Shown here: positions 52,917-63,923 of the stretch, piece after piece | How positions within the stretch are numbered: the first letter of the stretch is position 1 | Layout: every line of letters begins with the position of its first letter | NCBI GenBank assembly: GCA_965207035.1 | Contig: OZ242259.1 | Location: forward strand, 586,111 to 650,110 | DNA length: 64,000 nucleotides | Origin: Bryobacterales bacterium | GTDB lineage: Bacteria; Acidobacteriota; Terriglobia; Bryobacterales; UBA6623 | Direction of reading: 5' to 3' | Position numbers and translations under genes: made by a program | Notes under the pieces: generated by a model | Databases searched by the model: none | What the model was told of the DNA's origin: nothing | What the model saw: the letters and a program-made list of their open reading frames with translations, nothing else

Positions 52917-55715
52917 ATGTTGGATCGGATCGCCGTCCGTGGAGCGCGCCACCACAACCTTCAGAACATTGATGTTGACATCCCGCGCGATGCATTCACT
53001 GTCATCACTGGGCTGAGCGGATCGGGGAAGTCGACCCTCGCATTCGACACGATCTACGCCGAGGGGCAGCGCCGGTACGTGGAAACCCTGTCCGCTTATG
53101 CCCGTCAGTTCTTGGATCAGCTGGATCGGCCTGATGTCGATTCCATCGAGGGGCTTAGCCCCGCATTGTCCATCGAGCAGAAGACTGCTAGCCGTAGTCC
53201 GCGATCGACAGTCGGTACTGTGACCGAAGTCTACGACTATCTGCGCCTGCTGTACTCCTCGGTGGGAACACCGCATTGCGTCAATTGCGATCTGGTAATC
53301 CAGAAACAGCCTTCCGACCAGGTGGCGGCGCAAATCGTCGAGCAGCAGGCAGGTGGGTTCATCAGCGTTCTCGCGCCATGCGTGCGGGGACGCAAGGGAC
53401 ACTATCGCCGGGAACTGGAATTGTATGCCCGTAAGGGTTTTGTGACCGCCCGCATTGATGGCGTCTTGGAACGGCTCGATGATTTTCCGCCTTCGATCAG
53501 GCTCGACCGCAACAAGAATCACACAATCGAGGTCGTTGTGGACCGGATCCAGGTCCGCGAGGAAGCAGAGAAACGGCTCCGGAATTCAATTCGGACTGCC
53601 TCCGAGCTTGCCGACGGCCTTGTGCTGATAGTCGCCGAAGATGGCACGGAGACGCTCTATTCGGAGAAACTGGCGTGCGTCGAATGCGGCGCGAGCCTCC
53701 CGGAATTCGAGCCGAGGTCGTTCTCGTTCAACAGCCGTTTCGGAGCCTGCGAAGGCTGCGGAGGTCTCGGTGTGATCTGGGATCCCGATCCGGAGAAGCT
53801 GATCCGCTGCCCGGATCGACCCCTCCGGGACAGCGGCTGGCCTACTTCGGTGGGGTTGCGCACTCCCGTGGAGGCAGCGCACCAATTCTCGATCGTTGCG
53901 GGCGTCGACCTGCGCAAGCCTTGGAATCAGCTCTCCGCGGATGAGCGTGAGTGGCTCCTCTACGGTTGGAGAGGAAATCTGCCGAAAGAGCATTTCTTCC
54001 GGCGTGTCAGATTCTGCGGCTTGATCCCCGAACTGCGCGGATACCTCGAGATGGCCCCGGGGTACCAGCCCACCAAGGGAGTGATCCAATTCATGTCCAA
54101 TCGGTTATGCCCTGACTGTTCGGGCGCTCGTCTGCAGGCGGCATCTCGATTCGTGCGCGTGGCGGGATTGTCGATATCGGACATGGCTCGGATGCCCTTG
54201 TCCGATTTAGGCGTTCGATTGCACGATCTTCGGCTCGAGGGGCGGAAACAAGAGGTGGCCGAGCGCATCTTGGAGGAAATCCGCCAGCGCGTGGACTTCC
54301 TTTCGGACGTCGGTCTGGGCTATCTGTGCCTGGACCGGCCATCGGCGACACTATCGGGAGGCGAGGCCCAGCGGGTCCGGCTGGCGACCCAGATCGGCAC
54401 TCGCTTGCGAGGTGTGCTGTACGTACTGGACGAGCCTTCGATAGGACTTCATTCCCGCGACCACGGTCGGCTCCTTGACGCCCTTATCGGACTGCGGGAC
54501 ATAGGCAACACGGTGGTGGTCGTGGAGCACGATCAAGCCACGATCGAGCGCGCGGATCATGTAGTCGATCTCGGCCCAGGTGCCGGAAGACTCGGGGGTG
54601 CGGTGGTTGCCTCGTGCACGCCCCGTGAAATCGTGCGTGACGACGGGTCGCTCACGGGAGATTATATTGCCGGCCGAAAGACGGCTAGCGTACCCGCTGC
54701 GAAGCGTCCATCGCGACGTAGGAAGCTCTCTGTCAAGGGGGCCCGCAAGCACAACCTCAAGGGCATTGATGTCGAATTCCCCACCGGGAATCTATGTGTT
54801 GTAACGGGTGTGTCCGGTAGCGGCAAGTCGACTCTGGTGAACGGTATCCTGTATCCGCTCGTGAAGGGCCTCCTCGGATCCGAGATGATTCCGCCCGGCC
54901 ACTATGACCGGATCGACGGCCTGCACCACATTGACAACGTTGTACGCATCGACCAGACGCCCGTCGGACGGACACCGCGATCGAATCCGGCGACCTACAC
55001 GGGCGTCTTCACCCCGATACGCGAGTTCTACTCCCTGCTGCCTGAATCCCGGGCGCGGGGGTACGCTCCCGGCCGATTCAGCTTCAATGTCGTCGGAGGG
55101 CGTTGCGACGCTTGCGAGGGAGACGGTGTCCGGAGGATCGAGATGAACTTCCTGCCCGATGTGTTCGTGAACTGCGATACCTGCCGAGGAAGGCGGTACA
55201 ACCAAGCGACTCTGCAGGTGCTATACAAGGGTCGCTCTATCGCTGACCTTCTGGAAGCCCCGGTCGAGGAAGTACTGGAGATTATGGATCGACTGCCCGC
55301 GGTTCGCAAGAAGCTCCAGACGCTCGTGGATGTCGGTCTTGGCTATATCCAACTCGGCCAGTCTTCGACAACTATTTCGGGCGGGGAAGCGCAAAGGATG
55401 AAGCTCGCCAAGGAACTCAGCAAGCGCCAGACGGGGCGGACCCTGTACATTCTCGACGAGCCCACCACGGGGCTGCATTTCGATGACATCCGGAAGTTGT
55501 TGATGGTGTTGCGTCGCTTGGTAGACCACGGCAACACGGTGATCGTGATAGAGCATCAGCTGGATGTGATTCGCTCGGCTGATTGGATCGTGGACCTCGG
55601 GCCAGAAGGCGGCGATCTGGGCGGTGAGGTCGTATGCACTGGGACACCCGAGCGAGTGGCGGCAGTTGAAGCGAGCCACACGGGAAGAGCTCTCCGGGAG
55701 ACGGGTGTGCGGTGA
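52917..55715 (+). CDS. uvrA: excinuclease ABC subunit A
   Basis: RGARHHNLQNIDVDIPRD..VITGLSGSGKSTLAFDTIYAEGQRRY. A second ABC half has GVSGSGKSTL and LSGGEAQR repeats. 932 aa. Confidence 0.95.
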   Translation: MLDRIAVRGARHHNLQNIDVDIPRDAFTVITGLSGSGKSTLAFDTIYAEGQRRYVETLSAYARQFLDQLDRPDVDSIEGLSPALSIEQKTASRSPRSTVGTVTEVYDYLRLLYSSVGTPHCVNCDLVIQKQPSDQVAAQIVEQQAGGFISVLAPCVRGRKGHYRRELELYARKGFVTARIDGVLERLDDFPPSIRLDRNKNHTIEVVVDRIQVREEAEKRLRNSIRTASELADGLVLIVAEDGTETLYSEKLACVECGASLPEFEPRSFSFNSRFGACEGCGGLGVIWDPDPEKLIRCPDRPLRDSGWPTSVGLRTPVEAAHQFSIVAGVDLRKPWNQLSADEREWLLYGWRGNLPKEHFFRRVRFCGLIPELRGYLEMAPGYQPTKGVIQFMSNRLCPDCSGARLQAASRFVRVAGLSISDMARMPLSDLGVRLHDLRLEGRKQEVAERILEEIRQRVDFLSDVGLGYLCLDRPSATLSGGEAQRVRLATQIGTRLRGVLYVLDEPSIGLHSRDHGRLLDALIGLRDIGNTVVVVEHDQATIERADHVVDLGPGAGRLGGAVVASCTPREIVRDDGSLTGDYIAGRKTASVPAAKRPSRRRKLSVKGARKHNLKGIDVEFPTGNLCVVTGVSGSGKSTLVNGILYPLVKGLLGSEMIPPGHYDRIDGLHHIDNVVRIDQTPVGRTPRSNPATYTGVFTPIREFYSLLPESRARGYAPGRFSFNVVGGRCDACEGDGVRRIEMNFLPDVFVNCDTCRGRRYNQATLQVLYKGRSIADLLEAPVEEVLEIMDRLPAVRKKLQTLVDVGLGYIQLGQSSTTISGGEAQRMKLAKELSKRQTGRTLYILDEPTTGLHFDDIRKLLMVLRRLVDHGNTVIVIEHQLDVIRSADWIVDLGPEGGDLGGEVVCTGTPERVAAVEASHTGRALRETGVR

Positions 55716-56506
55716 CTGACTTCATCAAGGATCCCGCGCTTGGGAGCGAAAGGGGCAGTGCAGATCCCGAGGCCGGACGCGCTGAGCCCCCGCCGATTTG
55801 GCGATACCGGGAGGTTTTTACGCTTGTTGCCGTGGCGATTCTGGCTCAGATGGCAGCGCTGGCTGGAGCGGTGGCGATTGCCCAGAGACGATACGGGCTC
55901 GCCATGGACGAGATCAGCGACCTGCTCGGCCGGGAACCGCGCCTCGCCGTACCCCTTCAACTCGTCATGTGGCTTCCCGCGCTAGGCTACATCGTCTATG
56001 TCGTGAAACACAGGTACGCCATGCCGCTCCGTGAAGGTCTGGCTTGGGTCCGGCTTCCGAAACCGGCGAGGAGCTATCTTCGCGCCGGCGCGCTGCTCGC
56101 GCTGGGGTCGGTCCTGGCGAGTGTCGTGTTGAGTGACCCGACGCAAGTGAGTCCGATGCAGGACCTGCTCGCCAATCGAGAAGCCCTATGGATTCTTGGC
56201 GGGTTCGGCGTGTTGGTGGCGCCGTGGATTGAGGAAATCGTGTTTCGAGGCTTTCTCTACGCAGCCTTCGAACGGGCCCACGGCCGGTGGGTGGCGCTTG
56301 TCGTGACCAGTGCCATCTTTGCCGCGCTGCACGGTTCGCAGTACGGCTGGCATTGGCAGCAGCTAAGCATCCTGCTCGCGGTGGGCGCGACATTCGGTCT
56401 GGTCCGGATGCGTAGCGGGTCCACGAAGGCGACCACGCTCGTCCATGCGGCATACAACGGGTTGCTCTTCCTTGTCGTGCTATCGGTGCCGGACGGGCTC
56501 AGCTAG
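55712..56506 (+). CDS. CPBP family intramembrane glutamic endopeptidase (CAAX protease-like)
   Basis: The EEIVFRGFLY motif, later FAALHG and HAAYNG, and a multi-TM layout. GTGA overlap with uvrA. Confidence 0.75.
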   Translation: MTDFIKDPALGSERGSADPEAGRAEPPPIWRYREVFTLVAVAILAQMAALAGAVAIAQRRYGLAMDEISDLLGREPRLAVPLQLVMWLPALGYIVYVVKHRYAMPLREGLAWVRLPKPARSYLRAGALLALGSVLASVVLSDPTQVSPMQDLLANREALWILGGFGVLVAPWIEEIVFRGFLYAAFERAHGRWVALVVTSAIFAALHGSQYGWHWQQLSILLAVGATFGLVRMRSGSTKATTLVHAAYNGLLFLVVLSVPDGLS

Positions 56507-56536
56507 ACTGGGAGGTCGGCCAGACGACGAGGGCCT

Positions 56537-57610
56537 GTGCCGAATCCAACCATGGTAAAGACCATCGAATGGACTGCGGACGGAGTGGTCATGATCGACC
56601 AGACGAAGCTACCGGCCGAGGAAGCATATGTCACTTGTCGAGATCACTTGGAGGTGGCGGATGCCATCCGCACGATGGTAATCCGCGGTGCCCCCGCGAT
56701 CGGCTGCGCGGCTGCCATGGGCGTTGCCATCGGGGTCCTCAAGGCTAGCGACGAGGAGTTGGACGCCGAATTCGATGAGATTTGCGAGATCCTAGCCTCG
56801 ACGCGCCCAACCGCGGTCAATCTTTTCTGGGCGATTGAGCGGATGCGAAAGCTGTACTGCGGGCTGCGAAAGCAGGGAGCGGGGCTTGACCTGATCCGCC
56901 AGCGTCTCGTGAGCGAGGCCCAGCAGGTGCTGGTAGAGGACATTGCCAGCAACCAAGCCCTCGGGAAGCACGGCGCGTCACTCCTACCGTCAGGCGGCAC
57001 GGTGATGACCCATTGCAACGCCGGAGCGTTGGCAACGGGGGGGTATGGTACAGCGCTCGGGGTCATCCGCGCAGCAGTGGATAGGGGCAACGCCTTGGAC
57101 GTGCTCGCGAACGAGACCCGCCCATTCATGCAGGGAGCGCGGCTAACCGTGTGGGAGCTGCAGCAGGACGACATACCGGTGACTCTGCTGACGGACAATA
57201 TGGCCGGGCATATGATGCAGCGCGGCTGCGTGCAGGCTGTTGTGGTGGGCGCCGATCGGATTGCCGCGAACGGTGATGTCGCCAACAAGATTGGGACCTA
57301 TTCGGTAGCCGTGCTGGCGAAGGAGAGCGGGATTCCGTTCTACGTGGCGGCTCCAACCTCGACTGTTGACCTGGGTCTGGCGTCTGGCGAGGAGATTCCG
57401 ATCGAGGAGCGGGCGCCTGAAGAGGTGACTCAGGTCCAGGGGCTTCAGATCGCGCCGCACGAGACGCGGGTCTGTAATCCGGCTTTCGATGTGACACCCA
57501 GCCGCTTCGTTACAGCGATCATCACAGAGAATGGAGTTGCTGTTCCGCCGTACGGCGGAGCATTGCGAGCGCTGGTTGTCGAAGGAGCCTCGGGCCGCGA
57601 CGAGACTTGA
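56537..57610 (+). CDS. mtnA: S-methyl-5-thioribose-1-phosphate isomerase
   Basis: [17 protein letters not shown]..., [37 protein letters not shown] and [18 protein letters not shown] are eIF-2B-like MtnA hallmarks. Confidence 0.88.
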   Translation: MPNPTMVKTIEWTADGVVMIDQTKLPAEEAYVTCRDHLEVADAIRTMVIRGAPAIGCAAAMGVAIGVLKASDEELDAEFDEICEILASTRPTAVNLFWAIERMRKLYCGLRKQGAGLDLIRQRLVSEAQQVLVEDIASNQALGKHGASLLPSGGTVMTHCNAGALATGGYGTALGVIRAAVDRGNALDVLANETRPFMQGARLTVWELQQDDIPVTLLTDNMAGHMMQRGCVQAVVVGADRIAANGDVANKIGTYSVAVLAKESGIPFYVAAPTSTVDLGLASGEEIPIEERAPEEVTQVQGLQIAPHETRVCNPAFDVTPSRFVTAIITENGVAVPPYGGALRALVVEGASGRDET

Positions 57611-57619
57611 GGGCGCGGG

Positions 57620-57868
57620 GTGAAGTTCTCGGACCTGCTACGGACTACGATTCGAAATGCCGAGATCCCCCTGCGCTTCGAGCCTGGCGCGGAAGAAGCC
57701 ATCACCGAGCCAGTGATCGAACTTCTTAGGGCGTGGGTCGCGATGCACGATCCGAATTCTGCGGAAGACGAGTTCGAATTCGGCCAAAAGGCACTGGTCG
57801 TGAGACTGCTTGAAGAGCTGGAAGACGGTCACGATATTCCGGTTGCCGACGAATTGCCGGAGGGCTGA
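57620..57868 (+). CDS. hypothetical acidic small protein
   Basis: 82-aa ORF with a GTG start, 10 nt after mtnA. No recognisable domain. Confidence 0.35.
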   Translation: MKFSDLLRTTIRNAEIPLRFEPGAEEAITEPVIELLRAWVAMHDPNSAEDEFEFGQKALVVRLLEELEDGHDIPVADELPEG

Positions 57869-58117
57869 AAGCAGCGGGGCGCAAACGGCGGCGGTATCCC
57901 GGGAAACCGGTCTCTGCAATGTGAGCGCCGTTCGGTGTGGCGAACACAGGCCAGAGCGGTAAGATAATGGCAAGTCGCCGTATGTCAATGCGGTGGTTGC
58001 TATGCGATGGGTGCGTTTGTACGTGTCGTATGGCAGGGGGCGGAAGCGCCCGCACATTTCTGTTGAAACCGCTGCCCGATCGGGGTGGCTGGGAGGGCCC
58101 ACTCAGGGGAATGATCC

Positions 58118-59410
58118 ATGCAACGTAGATCCTTTATGGCGGCTTCTGCCACGGCTGTGGCCACGGCCGCGAGCGCCGCCTCGCCGAGCGGGAAGATCCG
58201 GTTAGGAGTGATCGGTGGCGGTCGGCGTGGGCGGAGCAACCTCCGGTCAGTGTTGAAGCTTACCGAGGACATCGAAGTGGTTGCCATCAGCGAGGTGTTC
58301 GAGCCGAACCTGCAACTGACGTTGGAGATGGTGCCGAACGCGAGGGTCTATCCCGACTTTCGCGAACTGATCGAGGCAGATGACATCGATGCCGTCCTGA
58401 TCGCCACTCCCGACCACTGGCACGCCTATATGACGGTCGAGGCCTGCAAGGCTGGCAAGGACGTGTATGTCGAGAAGCCGATTTCAGTCACCGTGCACGA
58501 AGGCCAAATGATGGTCAAGGCGGCGAGGAAATATGATCGGGTTGTACAGGTTGGGACGCAGCAGCGGTCTGGCAAGCACTTCCAGGAAGCCAAGGACATT
58601 GTCCAGAGCGGTCGCCTCGGCACGATCAGTTTCGTGCGAACCTGGAACTACTCGAACGCGTACCCCGACGGAATTGGCACCCCGCCCGATACCGAGCCAC
58701 CCGCCGATCTCGATTGGGACATGTGGTTGGGCCCGGCTCCCGAAAGGCAGTTCAACAAGAACCGATTCGGCGTGAATCCCTACTCCTTCGCGCACTTCCG
58801 GTGGTTCTGGGACTACGCCGGCGGCATGATGACCGACTGGGGTGTCCATTTGCTGGACATCGTGCTGTGGGCCATGGCCGAGCCCGGACCCCGCTCGATC
58901 TCAACCTACGGCGGCAAGTACGCCTTGATCGACAACCGCGAAACGCCTGACACGATCATGGCGAGCTACGAATTTCCGGGATTCGTTTGCACTTACGAGA
59001 ATCGAGTTGCCAACGCCAATGCGGGCGGACTGCCTGGCTACGGTATTCAGTTCCATGGCACCGAGGGTACGCTGTATGTGAATCGAGGATATTGGGAAAT
59101 CACCCCGGAACAGCGGCGTAACCGTGGAGGGGGGGCTGAGAATCGCATGGAGGCGGCTCGGGGCGAATCCCGAAATCCGACCACCGACGATCACTGGCGG
59201 GATTTCGTTGCTGCGATCCGCGACCGTTCCAAGCCGATCTGCGACATCGAAATCGGCCACAGGTCCACAGCCATGGCTCTGCTGGGGAACGTTTCGATGC
59301 GCAGCCGGCAGCGGGTCGACTGGGACCCCGCTTCGGAAACGACCAACAACAAGGAAGCGCAGACCTACCTGCGCAGCGAGTATCGGCCGCCCTGGAAGCT
59401 CGAACTCTAG
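58118..59410 (+). CDS. Gfo/Idh/MocA family oxidoreductase, Tat-exported
   Basis: Tat signal MQRRSFMAASATAVATAASAAS. Rossmann segment IRLGVIGGGRRG and DAVLIATPDHWHA...GKDVYVEKP. Confidence 0.8.
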   Translation: MQRRSFMAASATAVATAASAASPSGKIRLGVIGGGRRGRSNLRSVLKLTEDIEVVAISEVFEPNLQLTLEMVPNARVYPDFRELIEADDIDAVLIATPDHWHAYMTVEACKAGKDVYVEKPISVTVHEGQMMVKAARKYDRVVQVGTQQRSGKHFQEAKDIVQSGRLGTISFVRTWNYSNAYPDGIGTPPDTEPPADLDWDMWLGPAPERQFNKNRFGVNPYSFAHFRWFWDYAGGMMTDWGVHLLDIVLWAMAEPGPRSISTYGGKYALIDNRETPDTIMASYEFPGFVCTYENRVANANAGGLPGYGIQFHGTEGTLYVNRGYWEITPEQRRNRGGGAENRMEAARGESRNPTTDDHWRDFVAAIRDRSKPICDIEIGHRSTAMALLGNVSMRSRQRVDWDPASETTNNKEAQTYLRSEYRPPWKLEL

Positions 59411-59428
59411 CTTGGAGCGGGGAGGCCG

Positions 59429-60904
59429 TCACAACTCGTCGGGAGCGAAGTATTTCGATAGGAGCGTGTCAGGATCCCGCGTTCCCACCATCGACCCTAC
59501 GACGCAGGCCAGCCCGCTTGCCGCAAGCGCCCAAACGAACGGATCGAGCCCCATGAAGCTCCTTGTGCCATAAGCGACGTACTGTAGGATAAAGGTCGCA
59601 AAGCCTGTCGCGATCCCACTGAGGCATCCGGTGCGGTTCATGCCTGGCCAATAGACCGCGAACAGGGTGGGCAACAGGAATGTTGCGGCGAGTCCGGTCC
59701 CCGAAAAGATCACGATGTACTGCAAGTAGTCCGGTGGGCGCAGCGCGAAGACACCCGCCACCAAGCCCACGGCGAGAATCGCAAGGTGAGTCGCGAGCCG
59801 GGCATTCCCCTCGGTGGCCGGTGCCCGGGTGTTTCGCTCGTACAGGTCGCGGGCGATCGCCCCGGCGGCAACAAGCAGGAACGAGCTGATCGTTGACATG
59901 ATCGCAGCCATCGGTGCCGCGAGCACGAAACCCGCCAGTACGGGCGGGACGGCGGCTAGGATGGTGGCAGGCATGGCATGGTCGCTGGCGGCAAGATCGG
60001 GCACTAGGACGCGGCCCAGGATTCCGACAAAGATCACCGCGGGATAGAGCAAGAGAATGTAGCAGCCGATCAGTATTGACGCCCGACGCAGTGAGGGCAC
60101 ATCCCGGCAGGCGAGGAATCGAGTGATCAGCGATGGCTGGCCAGCGACGGCGAGGGGCCAAATGAAAAAGAACGAGATCGCGGCCGATAGAGGCAGGAAC
60201 TGGTCCGGCCCTGTGGCCGTGAGCAAGTCGGGGGACTGGGCGGCCAACCCGTCGTAGACTGCCTGAAGTCCGCCCACTCGGTAGAGTCCGAACCCTGCTG
60301 TGAGCAAGACGCCGACGAGCATCACGATCGCCTGAAAGCTGTCGGTCCAAGCGACGGCCCGAAATCCTCCATAGGCGGTGTAGACGCAGACGATGACCAA
60401 GAAGCTCAGGACGCCCCACACGTAAGGAATTCCCAGGGCCGCTTCGAGTACGCGTGCTCCAGCGATGTACTGCGCAACGATGAAGCTCGTGTGCAGGACC
60501 AGCATCGCCACTCCCGAGATCGCGCCGATCGCGCGGCTTTCGAACCGGTCTCGAAGCAGGTCCGGAAACGTTAACGCGCCGGTTGAACCTCCCAGTTCCG
60601 CAATTCGACGTCCCAGCAGCCAAAACCCCGCCGTTGCAACCACGATGTAGCCGGAGATCCACAGCATCACCGACCAGCCGTTGGCGTGCGCTAGGGAGGG
60701 CGCCCCGATGAACGTACCCCCGCTCGCCGACGTTGCGATCCACGTGAGCCCGAGCACCCACGGTCCGATCGTGCGGCCGCCGATGAAAAACTCTCGCATG
60801 AACCCGCCCTTAACGGCCTGTCGCCGAGCAAGGTATGCCAGGAGAAAGGTGAACGCCAAGTACAGGCCGAAGGCGACCGGAACCAAGGGCGCTGATTCGT
60901 ACAT
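59429..60904 (-). CDS. panF: sodium:solute symporter family transporter, PanF-like
   Basis: About 13 TM helices. GFVLAAPMAAIMSTISSFLLVAAGAIARDLY closely matches my recollection of the E. coli PanF segment FLAAPMAAIMSTINAQLL...IKDLY. A small membrane-protein gene lies upstream, as in yhdT-panF. Confidence 0.6.
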   Translation of the reverse strand: MYESAPLVPVAFGLYLAFTFLLAYLARRQAVKGGFMREFFIGGRTIGPWVLGLTWIATSASGGTFIGAPSLAHANGWSVMLWISGYIVVATAGFWLLGRRIAELGGSTGALTFPDLLRDRFESRAIGAISGVAMLVLHTSFIVAQYIAGARVLEAALGIPYVWGVLSFLVIVCVYTAYGGFRAVAWTDSFQAIVMLVGVLLTAGFGLYRVGGLQAVYDGLAAQSPDLLTATGPDQFLPLSAAISFFFIWPLAVAGQPSLITRFLACRDVPSLRRASILIGCYILLLYPAVIFVGILGRVLVPDLAASDHAMPATILAAVPPVLAGFVLAAPMAAIMSTISSFLLVAAGAIARDLYERNTRAPATEGNARLATHLAILAVGLVAGVFALRPPDYLQYIVIFSGTGLAATFLLPTLFAVYWPGMNRTGCLSGIATGFATFILQYVAYGTRSFMGLDPFVWALAASGLACVVGSMVGTRDPDTLLSKYFAPDEL

Positions 60905-60910
60905 GGGAGA

Positions 60911-61165
60911 TCAGGGCTTCGACTTGTCGGCTCCGCTATCCAAGCAGAAACGGATATGAAGGACGAAGAACACAGCCCAGGGCACGAGAACTCCGTACGC
61001 GGCCCAGCGCGGGACGCCAAGGACGGAGGCGCCTGGCATCGAGTCGAGCCAAGTGGACAAGCCAACCGTCAGAACCAGCGCAGCGAACCACATCAGAGCC
61101 GCTACGAATGCCTCTCGGCGGGCTGGCCTCGAGTCCGAGCGGGGCGGGCCGGTGCTATCAGACAT
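60911..61165 (-). CDS. small two-TM membrane protein (YhdT/DUF997-like partner of the symporter)
   Basis: 84 aa with two hydrophobic helices, 6 nt upstream of the symporter start. The assignment rests on context only. Confidence 0.4.
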   Translation of the reverse strand: MSDSTGPPRSDSRPARREAFVAALMWFAALVLTVGLSTWLDSMPGASVLGVPRWAAYGVLVPWAVFFVLHIRFCLDSGADKSKP

Positions 61166-61219
61166 GTGCGAAGTTGGTTGGGCTCGAAGGTTCCCTTTGA
61201 GGCCCCCGGCGGTTACTCG

Positions 61220-62212
61220 TCACTCTTCGAACGCGGCGTCGAACTTCCGGGTCGATGGCTCGAAGTCGACGCTCTTGGTGAAGTGGCAAGCTTCCTCTGC
61301 TCCGGCTTCTCTGTCCATTCCGCTGTCTTCCCATTCGATTGATAGCGGACCGGTGTAGCCGATATGGTTCAAAGCCCGGATGATCTCTTCGAAGTCCACT
61401 CCGCCCCGACCGAGCGAGCGGAAGTCCCAACCCCGGTCTGGATGGCCAAAGTCGAGGTGCGACGCCAAGATGCCCGATTTGCCGTCGAGCTGCAGCGCCG
61501 CGTCCTTCATGTGCACATGGTAGATACGGTCCTTGAACTCACGGATGAAAGTGACGGGATCGACTTGCTGCCAGTGAAGGTGGCTCGGATCGAAATTGAA
61601 GCCAAAGGCTTCACGATGGCCGATGGCTTCGAGGGCTCTATGTGCCGTGTAGATGTCAAACGCAATTTCGGTCGGATGCACTTCAAGGCCGAAACGGACT
61701 CCAACCTGGTCAAAGACATCCATGATGGGGTTGAACATTTCCGCGAAGTAGGCAAATCCCTGGTTGAGTGTCTCTTCGCTCACCGGGGGGAAGCTGTAGA
61801 GCATGTGCCAAATGGACGAGCCCGTAAATCCGTTCACTACGTTGATGCCGAGATTGCTTGCAGCCTTGGCGGAGTTCTTTAGGGCCTCGACGGCCCAGGC
61901 TCGTTTCCCCTCCGGATCGCCGGCCACCCCTGCTGGAGCGAACTGGTCGGAGCGGGAGTCATTGTTGGGATCGCAGACGAGCTGGCCCGCGAGATGATTG
62001 GAGATGGCGTGCAGCTGGAGGTTGTGGGTTTCCAGAATCGCCTTCTGTTGCGCGCAGTAGTTCAGGTCAGTAGCAGCCCGGTCGACATCGAGATGGTCGC
62101 CCCAGCAGGCAAGCTCCAAGCCATCGTAGCCCCACGAAGCAGCTTTCTCCGCGAGGATTGCGAGCGGGAGGTCGGCCCATTGGCCGGTAAAGAGGGTGAC
62201 AGGTCTAGCCAT
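61220..62212 (-). CDS. sugar phosphate isomerase/epimerase (xylose isomerase-like TIM barrel)
   Basis: [15 protein letters not shown]..., [11 protein letters not shown] and [11 protein letters not shown] are typical AP endonuclease 2 / xylose isomerase-like barrel motifs. Confidence 0.75.
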   Translation of the reverse strand: MARPVTLFTGQWADLPLAILAEKAASWGYDGLELACWGDHLDVDRAATDLNYCAQQKAILETHNLQLHAISNHLAGQLVCDPNNDSRSDQFAPAGVAGDPEGKRAWAVEALKNSAKAASNLGINVVNGFTGSSIWHMLYSFPPVSEETLNQGFAYFAEMFNPIMDVFDQVGVRFGLEVHPTEIAFDIYTAHRALEAIGHREAFGFNFDPSHLHWQQVDPVTFIREFKDRIYHVHMKDAALQLDGKSGILASHLDFGHPDRGWDFRSLGRGGVDFEEIIRALNHIGYTGPLSIEWEDSGMDREAGAEEACHFTKSVDFEPSTRKFDAAFEE

Positions 62213-62710
62213 GGAAAGTAGGCCTCCTACGGGAGGACGGGATGAGAAGGCATTCTAGCAAACCGTCTGGGGACTTGCGGATCTCAGGACTCCAATGAAC
62301 ACGACTGATCGAGGCAAACAGACACCTCGGCCTGCCCTGGCGGGACGAGACGTCGAGAACCTCCGTTCTGTCGCACTCGGCGGGCATTTCTAGGTGCTTG
62401 GTGCCGCTTGGTGGCGGGATCCGTGGGTTGTCGCGGACGGCCGGTAGACGGCGGTGCCTGCAGCGTATCGGTCGCGTGATGACCGTGCACGGAGCATGAA
62501 CATGGCAACAAATCATCGGGCACGGCAAACGGATGCGGAGAACCCAGTGATGCGCTCTGGCCGCGAGGGATAGCCAATGTCGTCCGTTCGATTGAGCCCA
62601 GTGCGGCCCAATGAACGCCCATCCTGCGATTCGTGTTCGAATCGCGGCCGCTGTTTCCGGGCAGCGCCATGCTACCATCACGTTTTCTGGCGATCCGCTC
62701 CTGAACTTAC

Positions 62711-63922
62711 ATGCGGCTTTGGTGGCTTCTCCGCTTGCCGGCATTGGTCGGCCTGCTCACTGTCTTGGCAGCGTCGGCAACGGCAATCGAAATCGCCACG
62801 GGCTCGATGCTCGGGCCGCGCTACCAGCAGGACCGGTTTTATGTTCGTGGAGGGCCAACATCATCGTGGGGCTTGACTTATGGTGGGGGTTCGTTCAAGC
62901 GCAACGTACGCGGCAGTTTGGCGCTAGTCCGGGTTCCCCACGCGATTTTTGATGACGAGTGGCTCCGCGAACGGCAGTTCGATCCGGACCGGAACACGGA
63001 CCGACTGATCGAGCAACTCGATTTGTATCGAAGGCACGGCGTAGGAGGTCTTGTCGTTAGCCTTCAAGGCGGCGATCCCGGGTACTCGGCTGAGGCCAAT
63101 GGAGTCACGCGGGGCAGGAGCGCGGACTTGGGCGAGGGCGCCGGTGCCCTCGTCAGTGCATACGAGCCGGATGGGTCACTCAAGCCCGCATGGCTGGACA
63201 GGCTGGACAGGCTGATCGGGGCCACGAACAGCCGGGGTATGGTCGTGTGCCTGGTTTTGTTCCAACAGGATCAGGATGAGGCGCTGGAGTCTCCGGAAGC
63301 GATTCTGGCTGCCGCTCGCAATGTCGCTCGGCACCTGATAGAGCGTGACGCGCGCAATGTGATCATCGACTTGGCGGACGCCTGGGACGAACCTCAGGGA
63401 CGTTGGGATCACCGCCGGTTCGTCCCGCGATACGTGGAGCACTTGATCCGCACGGTTCGTGAGGAGTTCCAGGACTCTGACTTCACGCCGCCGATCGGCG
63501 CATCGAGCGGTTCCGGAATGCTGTATCCGCTGTCATTGGCACAACTCTGCGACGTCGTCCTGCTGCAAGGCGACGGGCGGAGCGCCGCGGACAAACTGGC
63601 GCGTTCAAGGCAGTTCAAACGTTACGAGAGGCCCGTACTGATGGTGAGCGACAGGAATGGCGTTCAAGCGAAGCGGTCGGAATTGGAGGCCGAGGGGTCC
63701 ATTGCCGAAGCCTACATTCGAGGGGCATCGGGCTGGAGCTATGTGCCTTCGGGTACGGTGAACGTGTTCCCATTCATCTACCACCTGCCTGAGACGTCGG
63801 CGGTCGAAGACTCATGGCCGGATGCCCGGCGCTTCCCGGCCTACTTCCGCGCAATGCTGGAGCGGATCGCCCGGATTGTGCTCCGCAAGCCGCCTTCAAC
63901 CTCGGGGGAGGGCAAACGCTAG
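62711..63922 (+). CDS. hypothetical exported protein (possible glycoside-hydrolase-like barrel)
   Basis: Clear signal MRLWWLLRLPALVGLLTVLAASATA. Domain assignment is not possible by eye. Confidence 0.5.
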   Translation: MRLWWLLRLPALVGLLTVLAASATAIEIATGSMLGPRYQQDRFYVRGGPTSSWGLTYGGGSFKRNVRGSLALVRVPHAIFDDEWLRERQFDPDRNTDRLIEQLDLYRRHGVGGLVVSLQGGDPGYSAEANGVTRGRSADLGEGAGALVSAYEPDGSLKPAWLDRLDRLIGATNSRGMVVCLVLFQQDQDEALESPEAILAAARNVARHLIERDARNVIIDLADAWDEPQGRWDHRRFVPRYVEHLIRTVREEFQDSDFTPPIGASSGSGMLYPLSLAQLCDVVLLQGDGRSAADKLARSRQFKRYERPVLMVSDRNGVQAKRSELEAEGSIAEAYIRGASGWSYVPSGTVNVFPFIYHLPETSAVEDSWPDARRFPAYFRAMLERIARIVLRKPPSTSGEGKR

Positions 63923-63923
63923 C

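Noticed and set aside
62626-62645. 8-bp-stem hairpin GCGATTCG-TGTT-CGAATCGC in the 62213-62710 divergent region
   Set aside because: It has no following U-tract and no upstream gene to terminate. An isolated small hairpin in GC-rich DNA is not enough to call a feature.
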